Shown: one piece after another, positions 11,551 to 26,400 of the stretch | How positions within the stretch are numbered: the stretch's first letter is position 1 | Layout: every line of letters starts with the position of its first letter | NCBI GenBank assembly: GCA_030390025.1 | Contig: CM059432.1 | Span: 109,184,001 to 109,248,000 of the forward strand | DNA length: 64,000 nt | Source: Squalus acanthias | Taxonomy: Eukaryota | Reading direction: 5' to 3' | Notes under the pieces: model-generated | The model's input: only the letters and a program-made list of their open reading frames with translations | Told to the model about the DNA's origin: nothing | Databases searched by the model: none | Translations under genes and position numbers: made by a program

Positions 11551-11893
11551 AGAATATTTGACTATTGTGAAAGAGAATCAGTGATGGTCATTCAAATGGA
11601 ATGGGAATCACCTGATCCAAACTAGAATATATTTATTTATATATATATAGTTTTGAATTAAAACTGCTGAAATGCCAGTAACCTCTTTTTATTAACATTT
11701 AATGTAGGCACAGCTTTATTTCTGCTCATCTTCACCGTGAATTTAATTTTTAAACGTAAAGCCAAAAGGAAACGTATGCTCCAATTTATGTGCAGACCTT
11801 GTGTGAATTGACATTACTGACTTTTTTTCCCCCCTAGATCTCAGTGTAATCTAACCTTTGGTTGTATGTTTGTGTGTTCTGCTTCCGCCGCAG

Positions 11894-12065
11894 CAGCAGC
11901 AGCATCCGCAGCATCCGCAGGTAGGCCAGGCAGTGTCCCAGGCTAACCTTCTGCACATGGCACATGGGCAGGCCTCTCTCGCACAAAGCCCAGTGCGTCA
12001 AGCCTCTTCCTCTTCCTCTTCATCCTGTTCTTCTTCAGCTTTGAGCGTTGGACAGTTAGTCAGCA
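11894..12065 (+). CDS. POU6F2: POU6F2-like internal coding exon B (Gln/His start, poly-Ser), phase 0/1
   Basis: First CAG acceptor at 11891-11893; the exact start is ambiguous because of CAGCAGCAGCAG. GTAAGT donor at 12066. Encodes QQQHPQHPQVGQAVSQANLLHMAHGQASLAQSPVRQASSSSSSSCSSSALSVGQLVS+A, matching POU6F2 'VGQAASQGNLLHLAHSQAS..QSPVRQASSSS..ALSVGQLVS'. Confidence 0.92.
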
Positions 12066-12249
12066 GTAAGTAGGGGCTCCTCACTGCGCTGTTTGTTGCT
12101 CAGCAGTTTCATTCTCAGACAAACAATGTAATGAGTTTATTGAAACTGATACAATCCGATTGGTTTATGCTTTTTGCCAACAAAGTCCATCCAGGTCAGC
12201 TCAGTTCTGATACCATCTGCATGGAAAGGGGAAGTTAGAAGACATCACA

Positions 12250-12481
12250 CAGAGTTACTAGAACATGAGATACTTTACCATGCTTGGCTATCGAAGCAGT
12301 GACTATAACATCATTAAAAAGGAAATTGCATAAGTCTTTGAAAGGACGAATATAAAAGGATATTGGGAAAGGGCAGGGTAATGAGATTAGAGTAGACAGC
12401 TCCAGGTGAAGAGCTAGCACCAGCACAGGGGCAATAGGCTAAATGGCCTCCTTCTGTGCTGTAAAGTCTGTGATTCTATGA
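12250..12481 (+). mobile_element. Old CR1 3' end fragment
   Basis: Ends GGCTAAATGGCCTCCTTCTGTGCTGTAAAGTCTGTGATTCTATG, the same 3' UTR and tail as the CR1 at 6228 but in the opposite orientation. Confidence 0.7.
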
Positions 12482-12571
12482 ACAAACTCCATGTATGTGA
12501 TGTCAGTTCATAGCCACGTTGTGAGGGACAAAAGAGAGATTGACTCCAAATCAAACCCATCATGGAGAGAA

Positions 12572-12714
12572 GGAGCTAGAATTTCTGTGGGAGTGCTGCC
12601 GATCTCGCCCCACCATAACTTTGACCGAAGATCGGCAGGAACAGCTGCTTACACTGTTTCTTCGGGGCTTCCACTGAAGTCATGGTGGGAGAACCCTGGC
12701 AGAAATTCTACCCC
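12572..12714. mobile_element. Small Harbinger-type MITE
   Basis: Inverted termini GCTAGAATTTCTG and CAGAAATTCTACCCC. Confidence 0.55.
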
Positions 12715-12724
12715 AAATGATATT

Positions 12725-13040
12725 AACACCATAGGAGTAGGCCATTTAGCCCCTCGAGCATGCTCCGCCATTCAATTAGACCATGGCTGATCTGTACCTC
12801 AACCTCGTTTACCCGACTTTGCTCCATATTACTTGATACCCTTACCTAACAAAATTCTATCGATCTGTCTTGAAAGTTTCAAACGTCCCAGCATCCACAG
12901 CCTTTTGAGGGAGAGATTTCTACTACTTATTGTGTGTGAAAAAGTGCTGCCTGATTTCACTCTTAAATGGCCTAGCTCTAATTTTAAGATTATGCCTCCT
13001 TGTTCCAAATTCCCCCACCAGTGGAAATAGTTTCTCTCAT
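12725..13040 (-). mobile_element. CR1 3' end fragment
   Basis: GGAGTAGGCCATTTAGCCCCTCGAG..CCATTCAAT..CATGGCTGATCT 3' UTR, plus a decayed ORF2 C-terminus. Confidence 0.7.
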
Positions 13041-13644
13041 AAGTACTCACATAAAACCCCACATTTTATGTTTTTCAGTGATTGCTATGCTATCAAAGCA
13101 GAACCTGTATCAATAGCACTTACAATATAGTTCAGGCTGGGAAACAGTTATGTTGTCAGAATCTTTTTCGACTTCTACTTTTGTGTCAACAAGAAAGCGG
13201 GGTGGGGGGCGGGGTTGTGCGGTGGGCAGAGCGAATGCACCACCCATCCGATAGCGACAGGCCCGAATCGTTTCATGGTCAGGCCTCATTTGTTCAGCAA
13301 GCTGCAAACACTCAATGACAGACAGCTCAATGGGGATATCTGACGTCTCCTGCGTGGAGCTGAGCTAGAAGTTAAACTTTAAGGTGTGGGTGGGCACAGA
13401 GCATCCGGCTGCGGGCAGAAAGATTTGTGAGAGACAATAATCAGTGGCACTGAGGTTCCTTTCCCCGTTTTCGGAGTGGCCCACAGCGGTACGCTGGTTA
13501 GGCTACTGTACGTCTGGTGCATCTTGCGTCTGCCCATTGATAGGACACCAATTTAAATAGGGAAGGCTTCTGCTCATTTTGAGGCTCTCTCGAAAATTGA
13601 TTCAGGCCACCTGCGGTTGATGGGATTTTAAAACGAATTCTTGG

Positions 13645-14070
13645 CTCACCTCTGAGTCAGAAGGTCGCAGGTTCAAGTCCCACTCCAGAGACTTGAGCAA
13701 ATACTTCAGTGCAGTCCTGAAGGAGTGCTGCACTGTCGAGGTGCTGTTTTTCGGATGAGATGTTAAACCGAGGCTTCATCTGTCCTCTCAGGTGGACGTT
13801 AAAGATCCCATGGCACTGTTTCGAAGATTAGCAGGTGCCCTGGTCAATATTTATTCCATCGATCAAAACCAAAAAACAGATGATCCAGTTATTTATCACA
13901 TTGCTGTTTGTAGGACCTTGCTGTGTGCAAATTGGCTGCCGCATTTCTTACATTACACCAATGACTACACTTCAAAAAGTATTTCAGTGGTTGTGAAGTG
14001 CTTTGGGACATCCTGAGGCCGTGAAAATTGCGATATAAATGCAAATTCTTTCTTTCTATCTTTCTTCTTT
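13645..14070 (+). mobile_element. tRNA-derived DeuSINE (SacSINE1/AmnSINE-like)
   Basis: B box GGTTCAAGTCC, Deu-domain-like TTAAACCGAGG..CTCTCAGGTGGACGTTAAAGATCCCATGGCAC, and an L2-like 3' end TATAAATGCAA(TTCT)n. Confidence 0.75.
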
Positions 14071-14458
14071 TGTCTGCCTATGGCCCTCTTTTCTCAAAAT
14101 GATCCGGGCAGTAAGCCGAAAAAATTCGCCCTGTTTTTTTCTGAGAAAATGCTTATTTATCACTCAGGCTCATTTTATTAAATTTACTGAAGGAGAGCAT
14201 ATTCCAATAAATAAACAACCCCTCATATCTACAGCTTTAACACCAGTAATAATGCACCCTTTGGTGGGACTTGGGAGGAGATACCTTTTTTTGTCATCTA
14301 AACCACTTGGCTGCTAAATCGGGGACCGAAGAATTGAAAGGGAGAAAGGAATAGGTTAAGAAAGTGCAATGATGAGCGAAAACAGTGAAAGATAGTTGGT
14401 GACAACGGGGGTCACTTTCACGTTCAGCAGGGATGGAAACTGGCTGTTGTGGGTCGTC

Positions 14459-17400
14459 CCCACGCCTGTTATATGCCCGCCCGTTACACATCATGCCCAT
14501 TGTACAGCCCGCCCATTGTACAGCCCGCCCGTTATACAGCCCGCCCATTACACATCATGCCCATTGTACAGCCCGCCCATTGTACAGCCCGCCCGTTATA
14601 CAGCCCGCCCGTTACACATCATGCCCATTGTACAGCCCGCCCATTGTACAGACCGCCCGTTATACAGCCCGCCCGTTACACATCATGCCCATTGTACAGC
14701 CCGCCCATTGTACAGACCGCCCGTGATACACCCCGCCTGTTATACATCATGCCCATTGTAAAGCCCGCCCGTTATACACCCGCCCGTTATACAGCCCGCC
14801 CGTTATACACCCCACCCGTAATACAGCCCGCCCGTTATACAGCCCGCCCATTATACAGCCCGCCCGTTATACAACCCACCCGTTATACAGCCCGCCCGTT
14901 ATACACCCCGCCCGTTACACATCATGCCCATTGTACAGCCCGCCCGTTATACAGCCCACCCGTTATACAGCCCACCCATTATACAACCCGCCCATTAGAC
15001 AGCCCGCCCGTTATACAGCCCACCCGTTATACAGCCCGCCCGTTACACAGCCAACCCATTATACAGCCCGCCCATTATACAGCCCGCCCATTATACAGCC
15101 CGCCCGTTACACATCATGCCCATTGTACAGCCTGCCCGTTATACAGCCCGCCCATTATACAGCCCGCCCGTTATACACCCCGCCTGTTATACAGCCCGCC
15201 CGTTATACAGCCCGCCCATTGTACAGCCCACCCATTATACAGCCCGCCCGTTATACAGCCCGCCCGTTATACACCCTGCCCGTTATACAGCCTGCCCGTT
15301 ACACATCATGCCCGTTATACAGCCCGCCCGTTACACATCATGCCCGTTATACAGCCCGCCCGTTATACAGCCCGCCCGTTATACACTCGCCCGTTATGCA
15401 GCCCGCCCGTTATACACCCGCCCGTTATATACCCGCCCGTTATACACCTGCCCGTTATGCAGCCCGCCCGTTATATACCCGCCCGTTATATACCCGCCCG
15501 TTATACACCTGCCCGTTATACACCCGCCCGTTATACAGCCCGCCCGTTATACACCTGCCCGTTATACAGCCCGCCCGTTATACACCCCGCCTGTTATACA
15601 CCCTGCCTGTTACACAGCCTGCCCGTTATACAGCCCACCCATTACACAGCCCGCCCGTTATACACCCGCCCGTTATATACCCTACCCGTTACACATCATG
15701 CCCATTGTACAGCCCGCCCATTATACAGCCCGCCCGTTATACAGCCCGCCCGTTATACACCCCACCTGTTATACACCCCGCCCGTTATACAGCCCACCCG
15801 TTATGCACCCTGCCCGTTATACACCCCGCCCGATATACAGCCCGCCCGTTATGCCCCCGCCCGTTATACAGCCCGCCCGTTACACATAATGCCCATTGTA
15901 CAGCCTGCCCATTATACAGCCCGCCCAGTATACACCCGCCCGTTATACAGCCTGCCCGTTTAACATCCGCCCATTATACACCCGCCCGTTAAACAGCCCG
16001 CCCGTTAAACAGCCCGCCCGTTATACACCCGCCCGTTATACAGCCAGCCCATAACACACCCGCCCGTTATACAGCCCGCCCGTTATACACCCGCCCGTTA
16101 TACAGCCTGCCCATTTAACATCCGCCCGTTATACACCAGCCCGTTATACACCCGACCGTTATACAGCCCGCCCGTTATACACCCGCCCGTTATACAGCCC
16201 GCCCGTTATACACCCGCCTGTTATACATCCCGCCCGTTATACATCATGCCCATTGTACAGCCTGCCCGTTATACACCCCGCCCATTGTACTGCCCGCCCA
16301 TTATAAACCCCGCCCGTTATACACCCCGCCCGTTATACACCCGCCCGTTATACACCCCACCCGTTATACACCCGCCCGTTATACAGCCCGCCCGTTATAC
16401 ACCCGCCTGTTATACATCCCGCCCGTTATACATCATGCCCATTGTACAGCCTGCCCGTTATACACCCCGCCCATTATATACCCGCCCGTTATACACCCGC
16501 CGGCTATACAGCCCGCCCGTTATACACCCGCCCATTATACACCCGCCCGTTATATACCCGCCCGTTATATACCCGCCCGTAATACACCTGCCCATTATAC
16601 ACCCGCTCGTTATACAGCCCGCCCGTTATACACCTGCCCGTTATACACCCTGCCTGTTACACATCATGCCCATTGTACAGCCTGCCCGTTATACAGCCCA
16701 CCCATTATACAGCCCGCCCGTTATACACCCGCACGTTATACACCCTGCCCGTGACACATCATGCCCATTGTAAAGCATGCCCATTATACAGCCTGCCTGT
16801 TATACAGCCCGCCCGTTATACACCCGCCCGTTATACAGCCTGCCCGTTTAACATCCGCCCGTTATACACCAGCCCTTTATACACCCGACCGTTATACAGC
16901 CCGCCCGTTATACACCCGCCCGTTATACAGCCCGCCCGTTATACACCTGCCTGTTATACACCCGCCCATTGTACAGCCCGCCCATTATACACCCGCCCGT
17001 TATACACCCCGCCCGTTATACACCCGCCCGTTAGAAACCCGCCTGTTATACAGCCCGCCGTTATATACCCGCCCGTTATACAGCCTGCCCGTTTAACATC
17101 CGCCCGTTATACACCAGCCCGTAATACACCCGACCGTTATACAGCCCGCCCATTATACACCCGCCCGTTATACAGCCCGCCCGTTATACACCCGCCTGTT
17201 ATACATCCCGCCCGTTATACATCATCCCCATTGTAAAGCCTGCCCTTTTATACACCCCACCCATTGTACAGCCCGCCCATTATAAACTCCGCCCGTTATA
17301 CACCCCGCCCGTTATACACCCGCCCGTTATAAACCCCGCCCGTTATACACCCGCCCGTTATATACCCGCCTGTTATACAGCCCGCCGTTATATACCCTCC

Positions 17401-20400
17401 CGTTATACACCCGCCGGCTATACAGCCCGCCCGTTATACACCCGCCCATTATACAGCCCGCCCGTTATACACCCGCCCGTTATACACCTGCCCGTTATAC
17501 ACCCGCCCGTTATACAGCCCGCCCATTATACATCCCCCCGTTATACAGCACGCCCATTATACAGCCCGCCCGTTATACACCCGCCCGTTCTACAGCCCGC
17601 CCGTTATACACCCGCCCGTTATACACCCGCCCGTTATATACCCGCCCGTTATATACCCACCCGTAATACACCTGCCCGTTATACACCCGCTCGTTATACA
17701 GCCCGCCCGTTATACACCTGCCCGTTATACAGCCCGCCCGTTATACACCCCGCCCGTTATACACCCTGCCTGTTACACATCATGCCCATTGTACAGCCTG
17801 CCCGTTATACAGCCCACCCATTATACAGCCCGCCCGTTATACACCCGCACGTTATACACCCTGCCCGTGACACATCATGCCCATTGTACAGCCTGCCCAT
17901 TATACAGCCCGCCCGTTATACAGCCCGCCCGTTACACATCATGCCCATTGTACAGCCCGCCCATTGTACAGACCGCCCGTTATACACCCCGCCTGTTATA
18001 CATCATGCCCATTGTAAAGCCCGCCCGTTATACACGCGCCCGTTATACAGCCCGCCCGTTATACACCCCACCCGTAATACAGCCCGCCCGTTATACAGCC
18101 CGCCCATTATACAGCCCGCCCGTTATACAACCCACCCGTTATACAGCCCGCCCGTTATACACCCCGCCCGTTACACATCATGCCCATTGTACAGCCCGCC
18201 CGTTATACAGCCCACCCGTTATACAGCCCACCCATTATACAACCCGCCCATTAGACAGCCCGCCCATTATACAGCCCACCCGTTATACAGCCCGCCCGTT
18301 ACACAGCCCACCCATTATACAGCCCGCCCATTATACAGCCCGCCCATTATACAGCCCGCCCGTTACACATCATGCCCATTGTACAGCCTGCCCGTTATAC
18401 AGCCCGCCCATTATACAGCCCGCCCGTTATACAGCCCGCCCGTTATACACCCTGCCCGTTATACAGCCTGCCCGTTACACATCATGCCCGTTATACAGCC
18501 CGCCCGTTACACATCATGCCCGTTATACAGCCCGCCCGTTATACAGCCCGCCCGTTATACACTCGCCCGTTATGCAGCCCGCCCGTTATACACCCGCCCG
18601 TTATATACCCGCCCGTTATACACCTGCCCGTTATGCAGCCCGCCCGTTATACACCCGCCCGTTATATACCCGCCCGTTATATACCCGCCCGTTATACACC
18701 TGCCCGTTATACACCCGCCCGTTATACAGCCCGCCCGTTATACACCTGCCCGTTATACAGCCCGCCCGTTATACACCCCGCCTGTTATACACCCTGCCTG
18801 TTACACAGCCTGCCCGTTATACAGCCCACCCATTATACAGCCCGCCCGTTATACACCCGCCCGTTATATACCCCACCTGTTATACACCCCGCCCGTTATA
18901 CAGCCCACCCGTTATGCACCCTGCCCGTTATACACCCCGCCCGATATACAGCCCGCCCGTTATGCCCCCGCCCGTTATACAGCCCGCCCGTTACACATAA
19001 TGCCCATTGTACAGCCTGCCCATTATACAGCCCGCCCAGTATACACCCGCCCGTTATACAGCCTGCCCGTTTAACATCCGCCCATTATACACCCGCCCGT
19101 TAAACAGCCCACCCGTTAAACAGCCCGCCCGTTATACACCCGCCCGTTATACAGCCAGCCCATAACACACCCGCCCGTTATACAGCCCGCCCGTTATACA
19201 CCCGCCCGTTATACAGCCTGCCCATTTAACATCCGCCCGTTATACACCAGCCCGTTATACACCCGACCGTTATACAGCCCGCCCGTTATACACCCGCCCG
19301 TTATACAGCCCGCCCGTTATACACCCGCCTGTTATACATCCCGCCCGTTATACATCATGCCCATTGTACAGCCTGCCCGTTATACACCCCGCCCATTGTA
19401 CTGCCCGCCCATTATAAACCCCGCCCGTTATACACCCCGCCCGTTATACACCCGCCCGTTATACACCCCACCCGTTATACACCCGCCCGTTATACAGCCC
19501 GCCCGTTATACACCCGCCTGTTATACATCCCGCCCGTTATACATCATGCCCATTGTACAGCCTGCCCGTTATACACCCCGCCCATTATATACCCGCCCGT
19601 TATACACCCGCCGGCTATACAGCCCGCCCGTTATACACCCGCCCATTATACACCCGCCCGTTATATACCCGCCCGTTATATACCCGCCCGTAATACACCT
19701 GCCCATTATACACCCGCTCGTTATACAGCCCGCCCGTTATACACCTGCCCGTTATACACCCTGCCTGTTACACATCATGCCCATTGTACAGCCCGCCCGT
19801 TATACACCCGCCCGTTATACACCCGCCCATTATACAGCCCGCCCGTTATACACCCGCCCGTTATACACCTGCCCGTTATACACCCGCCCGTTATACAGCC
19901 CGCCCATTATACATCCCCCCGTTATACAGCACGCCCATTATACAGCCCACCCGTTATACACCCGCCCGTTCTACAGCCCGCCCGTTCTACACCCGCCCGT
20001 TATACACCCGCCCGTTATATACCCGCCCGTTATATACCCACCCGTAATACACCTGCCCGTTATACACCCGCTCGTTATACAGCCCGCCCGTTATACACCT
20101 GCCCGTTATACAGCCCGCCCGTTATACACCCCGCCCGTTATACACCCTGCCTGTTACACATCATGCCCATTGTACAGCCTGCCCGTTATACAGCCCACCC
20201 ATTATACAGCCCGCCCGTTATACACCCGCACGTTATACACCCTGCCCGTGACACATCATGCCCATTGTACAGCCTGCCCATTATACAGCCCGCCCGTTAT
20301 ACAGCCCGCCCGTTACACATCATGCCCATTGTACAGCCCGCCCATTGTACAGACCGCCCGTTATACACCCCGCCTGTTATACATCATGCCCATTGTAAAG

Positions 20401-23400
20401 CCCGCCCGTTATACACGCGCCCGTTATACAGCCCGCCCGTTATACACCCCACCCGTAATACAGCCCGCCCGTTATACAGCCCGCCCATTATACAGCCCGC
20501 CCGTTATACAACCCACCCGTTATACAGCCCGCCCGTTATACACCCCGCCCGTTACACATCATGCCCATTGTACAGCCCGCCCGTTATACAGCCCACCCGT
20601 TATACAGCCCACCCATTATACAACCCGCCCATTAGACAGCCCGCCCATTATACAGCCCACCCGTTATACAGCCCGCCCGTTACACAGCCCACCCATTATA
20701 CAGCCCGCCCATTATACAGCCCGCCCATTATACAGCCCGCCCGTTACACATCATGCCCATTGTACAGCCTGCCCGTTATACAGCCCGCCCATTATACAGC
20801 CCGCCCGTTATACAGCCCGCCCGTTATACACCCTGCCCGTTATACAGCCTGCCCGTTACACATCATGCCCGTTATACAGCCCGCCCGTTACACATCATGC
20901 CCGTTATACAGCCCGCCCGTTATACAGCCCGCCCGTTATACACTCGCCCGTTATGCAGCCCGCCCGTTATACACCCGCCCGTTATATACCCGCCCGTTAT
21001 ACACCTGCCCGTTATGCAGCCCGCCCGTTATACACCCGCCCGTTATATACCCGCCCGTTATATACCCGCCCGTTATACACCTGACCGTTATACACCCGCC
21101 CGTTATACAGCCCGCCCGTTATACACCTGCCCGTTATACAGCCCGCCCGTTATACACCCCGCCTGTTATACACCCCACCTGTTATACACCCCGCCCGTTA
21201 TACAGCCCACCCGTTATGCACCCTGCCCGTTATACACCCCGCCCGATATACAGCCCGCCCGTTATGCCCCCGCCCGTTATACAGCCCGCCCGTTACACAT
21301 AATGCCCATTGTACAGCCTGCCCATTATACAGCCCGCCCAGTATACACCCGCCCGTTATACAGCCTGCCCGTTTAACATCCGCCCATTATACACCCGCCC
21401 GTTAAACAGCCCGCCCGTTAAACAGCCCGCCCGTTATACACCCGCCCGTTATACAGCCAGCCCATAACACACCCGCCCGTTATACAGCCCGCCCGTTATA
21501 CACCCGCCCGTTATACAGCCTGCCCATTTAACATCCGCCCGTTATACACCAGCCCGTTATACACCCGACCGTTATACAGCCCGCCCGTTATACACCCGCC
21601 CGTTATACAGCCCGCCCGTTATACACCCGCCTGTTATACATCCCGCCCGTTATACATCATGCCCATTGTACAGCCTGCCCGTTATACACCCCGCCCATTG
21701 TACTGCCCGCCCATTATAAACCCCGCCCGTTATACACCCCGCCCGTTATACACCCGCCCGTTATACACCCCACCCGTTATACACCCGCCCGTTATACAGC
21801 CCGCCCGTTATACACCCGCCTGTTATACATCCCGCCCGTTATACATCATGCCCATTGTACAGCCTGCCCGTTATACACCCCGCCCATTATATACCCGCCC
21901 GTTATACACCCGCCGGCTATACAGCCCGCCCGTTATACACCAGCCCATTATACACCCGCCCGTTATATACCCGCCCGTTATATACCCGCCCGTAATACAC
22001 CTGCCCATTATACACCCGCTCGTTATACAGCCCGCCCGTTATACACCTGCCCGTTATACACCCTGCCTGTTACACATCATGCCCATTGTACAGCCTGCCC
22101 GTTATACAGCCCACCCATTATACAGCCCGCCCGTTATACACCCGCACGTTATACACCCTGCCCGTGACACATCATGCCCATTGTAAAGCATGCCCATTAT
22201 ACAGCCTGCCTGTTATACAGCCCGCCCGTTATACACCCGCCCGTTATACAGCCTGCCCGTTTAACATCCGCCCGTTATACACCAGCCCTTTATACACCCG
22301 ACCGTTATACAGCCCGCCCGTTATACACCCGCCCGTTATACAGCCCGCCCGTTATACACCTGCCTGTTATACACCCGCCCATTGTACAGCCCGCCCATTA
22401 TACACCCGCCCGTTATACACCCCGCCCGTTATACACCCGCCCGTTAGAAACCCGCCTGTTATACAGCCCGCCGTTATATACCCGCCCGTTATACAGCCTG
22501 CCCGTTTAACATCCGCCCGTTATACACCAGCCCGTAATACACCCGACCGTTATACAGCCCGCCCATTATACACCCGCCCGTTATACAGCCCGCCCGTTAT
22601 ACACCCGCCTGTTATACATCCCGCCCGTTATACATCATCCCCATTGTAAAGCCTGCCCTTTTATACACCCCGCCCGTTATACACCCGCCCGTTATAAACC
22701 CCGCCCGTTATACACCCGCCCGTTATATACCCGCCTGTTATACAGCCCGCCGTTATATACCCGCCCGTTATGCACCCGCCGGCTATACAGCCCGCCCGTT
22801 ATACACCCGCCCATTATACAGCCCGCCCGTTATACAGCCCGCCCATTATACATCCCCCCGTTATACAGCACGCCCATTATACAGCCCGCCCGTTATACAC
22901 CCGCCCGTTCTACAGCCCGCCCGTTATACACCCGCCCGTTATACACCCGCCCGTTATATACCCGCCCGTTATATACCCACCCGTAATACACCTGCCCGTT
23001 ATACACCCGCTCGTTATACAGCCCGCCCGTTATACACCTGCCCGTTATACAGCCCGCCCGTTATACACCCCGCCCGTTATACACCCTGCCTGTTACACAT
23101 CATGCCCATTGTACAGCCTGCCCGTTATACAGCCCACCCATTATACAGCCCGCCCGTTATACACCCGCACGTTATACACCCTGCCCGTGACACATCATGC
23201 CCATTGTACAGCCTGCCCATTATACAGCCCGCCCGTTATACAGCCCGCCCGTTATACACCCCACCCGTTATGCACCCCGCCCGTTATACAGCCCACCCGT
23301 TATGCACCCTGCCCGTTATACACCCGCACGTTATACACCCGCACGTTATACACCCGCCCGTTATACACCCCGCCCGTTATATACCCGCCTGTTATACAGC

Positions 23401-26400
23401 CCGCCGTTATATACCCGCCCGTTATACACCCGCCGGCTATACAGCCCGCCCGTTATACACCCGCCCATTATACAGCCCGCCCGTTATACAGCCCGCCCAT
23501 TATACATCCCCCCGTTATACAGCACGCCCATTATACAGCCCGCCCGTTATACACCCGCCCGTTCTACAGCCCGCCCGTTATACACCCGCCCGTTATACAC
23601 CCGCCCGTTATATACCCGCCCGTTATATACCCACCCGTAATACACCTGCCCGTTATACACCCGCTCGTTATACAGCCCGCCCGTTATACACCTGCCCGTT
23701 ATACAGCCCGCCCGTTATACACCCCGCCCGTTATACACCCTGCCTGTTACACATCATGCCCATTGTACAGCCTGCCCGTTATACAGCCCACCCATTATAC
23801 AGCCCGCCCGTTATACACCCGCACGTTATACACCCTGCCCGTGACACATCATGCCCATTGTACAGCCTGCCCATTATACAGCCCGCCCGTTATACAGCCC
23901 GCCCGTTATACACCCCACCCGTTATGCACCCCGCCCGTTATTCAGCCCGCCCGTTATACACCCCACCCGTTATGCACCCCGCCCGTTATACAGCCCACCC
24001 GTTATGCACCCTGCCCGTTATACACCCGCACGTTATACACCCGCACGTTATACACCCGCCCGTTATACACCCCGCCCGATAGACAGCCCGCCCGTTATAC
24101 AACCTCCTGTTATACAGCCCGTCCGTTACACATAATGCCCATTGTACAGCCTGCCCGTTATACAGCCCGCCCAGTATACACCCGCCCGTTATACAGCCTG
24201 CCCATTTAACATCCGCCCATTATACACCCGCCCGTTATACACCCGCCCATTATACAGCCCGCCCATTATACACCTGCGCGTTATACAGCCCGCCCGTTAT
24301 ACACCGGCCCGTTAAACAGCCCGCCCGTTATACACCCGCCCGTTATACACCCGCCCGTTATACAGCCAGCCCGTAACACAACCGCCCGTTATACAGCCCG
24401 CCCGTTATACAGCCCGCCCGTTATACAGCCCGCCCGTTATACACCCGCCCGTTATACAACCCGCCCGTTATACAGCCTGCCCGTTATACACCCGCCCGTT
24501 ATACACCCGCCCGTTATACACCCCGCCCGTTATACACCCGCCCGTTATGCACCCCGCCCATTATACACCCCGCCTGATATACTGCCCACCCGCTATACGG
24601 CCCGCCCGTTATACAGCTCGCCCATTACTCATCATGCCCATTGTACAGCCTGCCCGTTATACAGCCTGCCTGTTATACAGCCCGCCCGTTATACACCCGC
24701 CCGTTATACAGCCTGCCCGTTTAACATCCGCCTGTTATACACCACGCCCGTTATACACCCGCCCGTTAGAAACCCGCCTGTTATACAGCCCGCCGTTATA
24801 TACCCGCCCGTTATACACCAGCCGGCTATACAGCCCGCCCGTTATACACCCGTCCATTATACAGCCCGCCCATTATACACCCGCCCGTTATACACCTGCC
24901 CGTTATACACCGGCCCGTTATACAGCCCGCCCATTATACATCCCCCCGTTATACAGCACGCCCGTTATACAGCACGCCCGTTATACACCCGCCCGTTATA
25001 CAGCCCGCCCGTTATACACCCTGCCCGATATACAGCCCGCCCGTTATACACCTGCCCGTTATACACCTGCCCGTTATGCACCCCGCCCGTTATACACCCG
25101 CCCGTTATACACCCCGCCCGTTATACACCCACCCGTTATGCACCCCGCCCGTTATACACCCCGCCCGTTATACACCTGCCCGTTATACACCGGCCCGTTA
25201 TACAGCCCGCCCATTATACATCCCCCCGTTATACAGCACGCCCGTTATACAGCCCGCCCGTTATACACCCGCCCGTTATACAGCCCGCCCGTTATACACC
25301 CGCCCGTTATACAGCCCGCCCGTTATACACCCTGCCCGATATACAGCCCGCCCGTTATACACCCGCCCGTTATACAGCCCGCCCATTACACATAATGCCC
25401 ATCGTACAGCCTGCCCGTTATACAGCCCGCCCGTTATACAGCCCGTCCGTTACACATAATGCCCATTGTACAGCCTGCCCGTTAAACAGCCCGCCCGTTA
25501 TACACCCGCCCGTTATACAGCCTGCCCGTAACACACCCGCCCGTTATACACCCGCCCGTTATACAGCCCGCCCATTATACAGCCCGCCCGTTATACACCC
25601 GCCCGTTATACACCCGCCCGTTATACACCCCGCCCGTTATACACCTGCCCGTTATACACCCGTCCGTTATACACCCCGCCCGTTATACACCTGCCCGTTA
25701 TACACCTGCCCGTTATGCACCCCGCCCGTTATACACCCGCCCGTTATACACCCCGCCCGTTATACACCCACCCGTTATGCACCCCGCCCGTTATACACCC
25801 CGCCCGATATACTGCCCGCCCGTTATACAGCCCGCCCGTTACACATCATGCCCATTGTACAGCCTGCCCATTATACAGCCTGCCCGTTATCCAGCCCGCC
25901 CTTTATACACCCGCCCGTTATACAGCCTGCCCGTTTAACATCCGCCCATTATACACCAGCCCGTTATACACCCGCCCGTTATACACCCGCCCGTTGTACA
26001 CCCGCCCGTTATACTGCCTGCCCGTTATACAGCCAGCCCGTTATACACCCGCCCGTTATACAGCCCGCCCGTTACACATAATGCCAATTGTACAGCCTGC
26101 CCGTTATACAGCCCGCCCGTTATACACCCGCGCTTTATACAGCCCGCCCGTCATACACCAGCCCGTTAAACAGCACGCCCGTTATACACCCGCCCATTAT
26201 ACAGCCTGCCCGTTTAACATCCGCCCGTTATACACCAGCCCGTTATACACCCGCCCGTTATACACCCCGCCTGTTGTACACCCTGCCCGTTATACACCCG
26301 ATGTTATACACCCCGCCCGTTATACACCCCGCCCGTTATACAGCCCGCCCATTATACACCCCGCCTGTTATACACCCGCCCGTTATACACCTGCCCGTTA

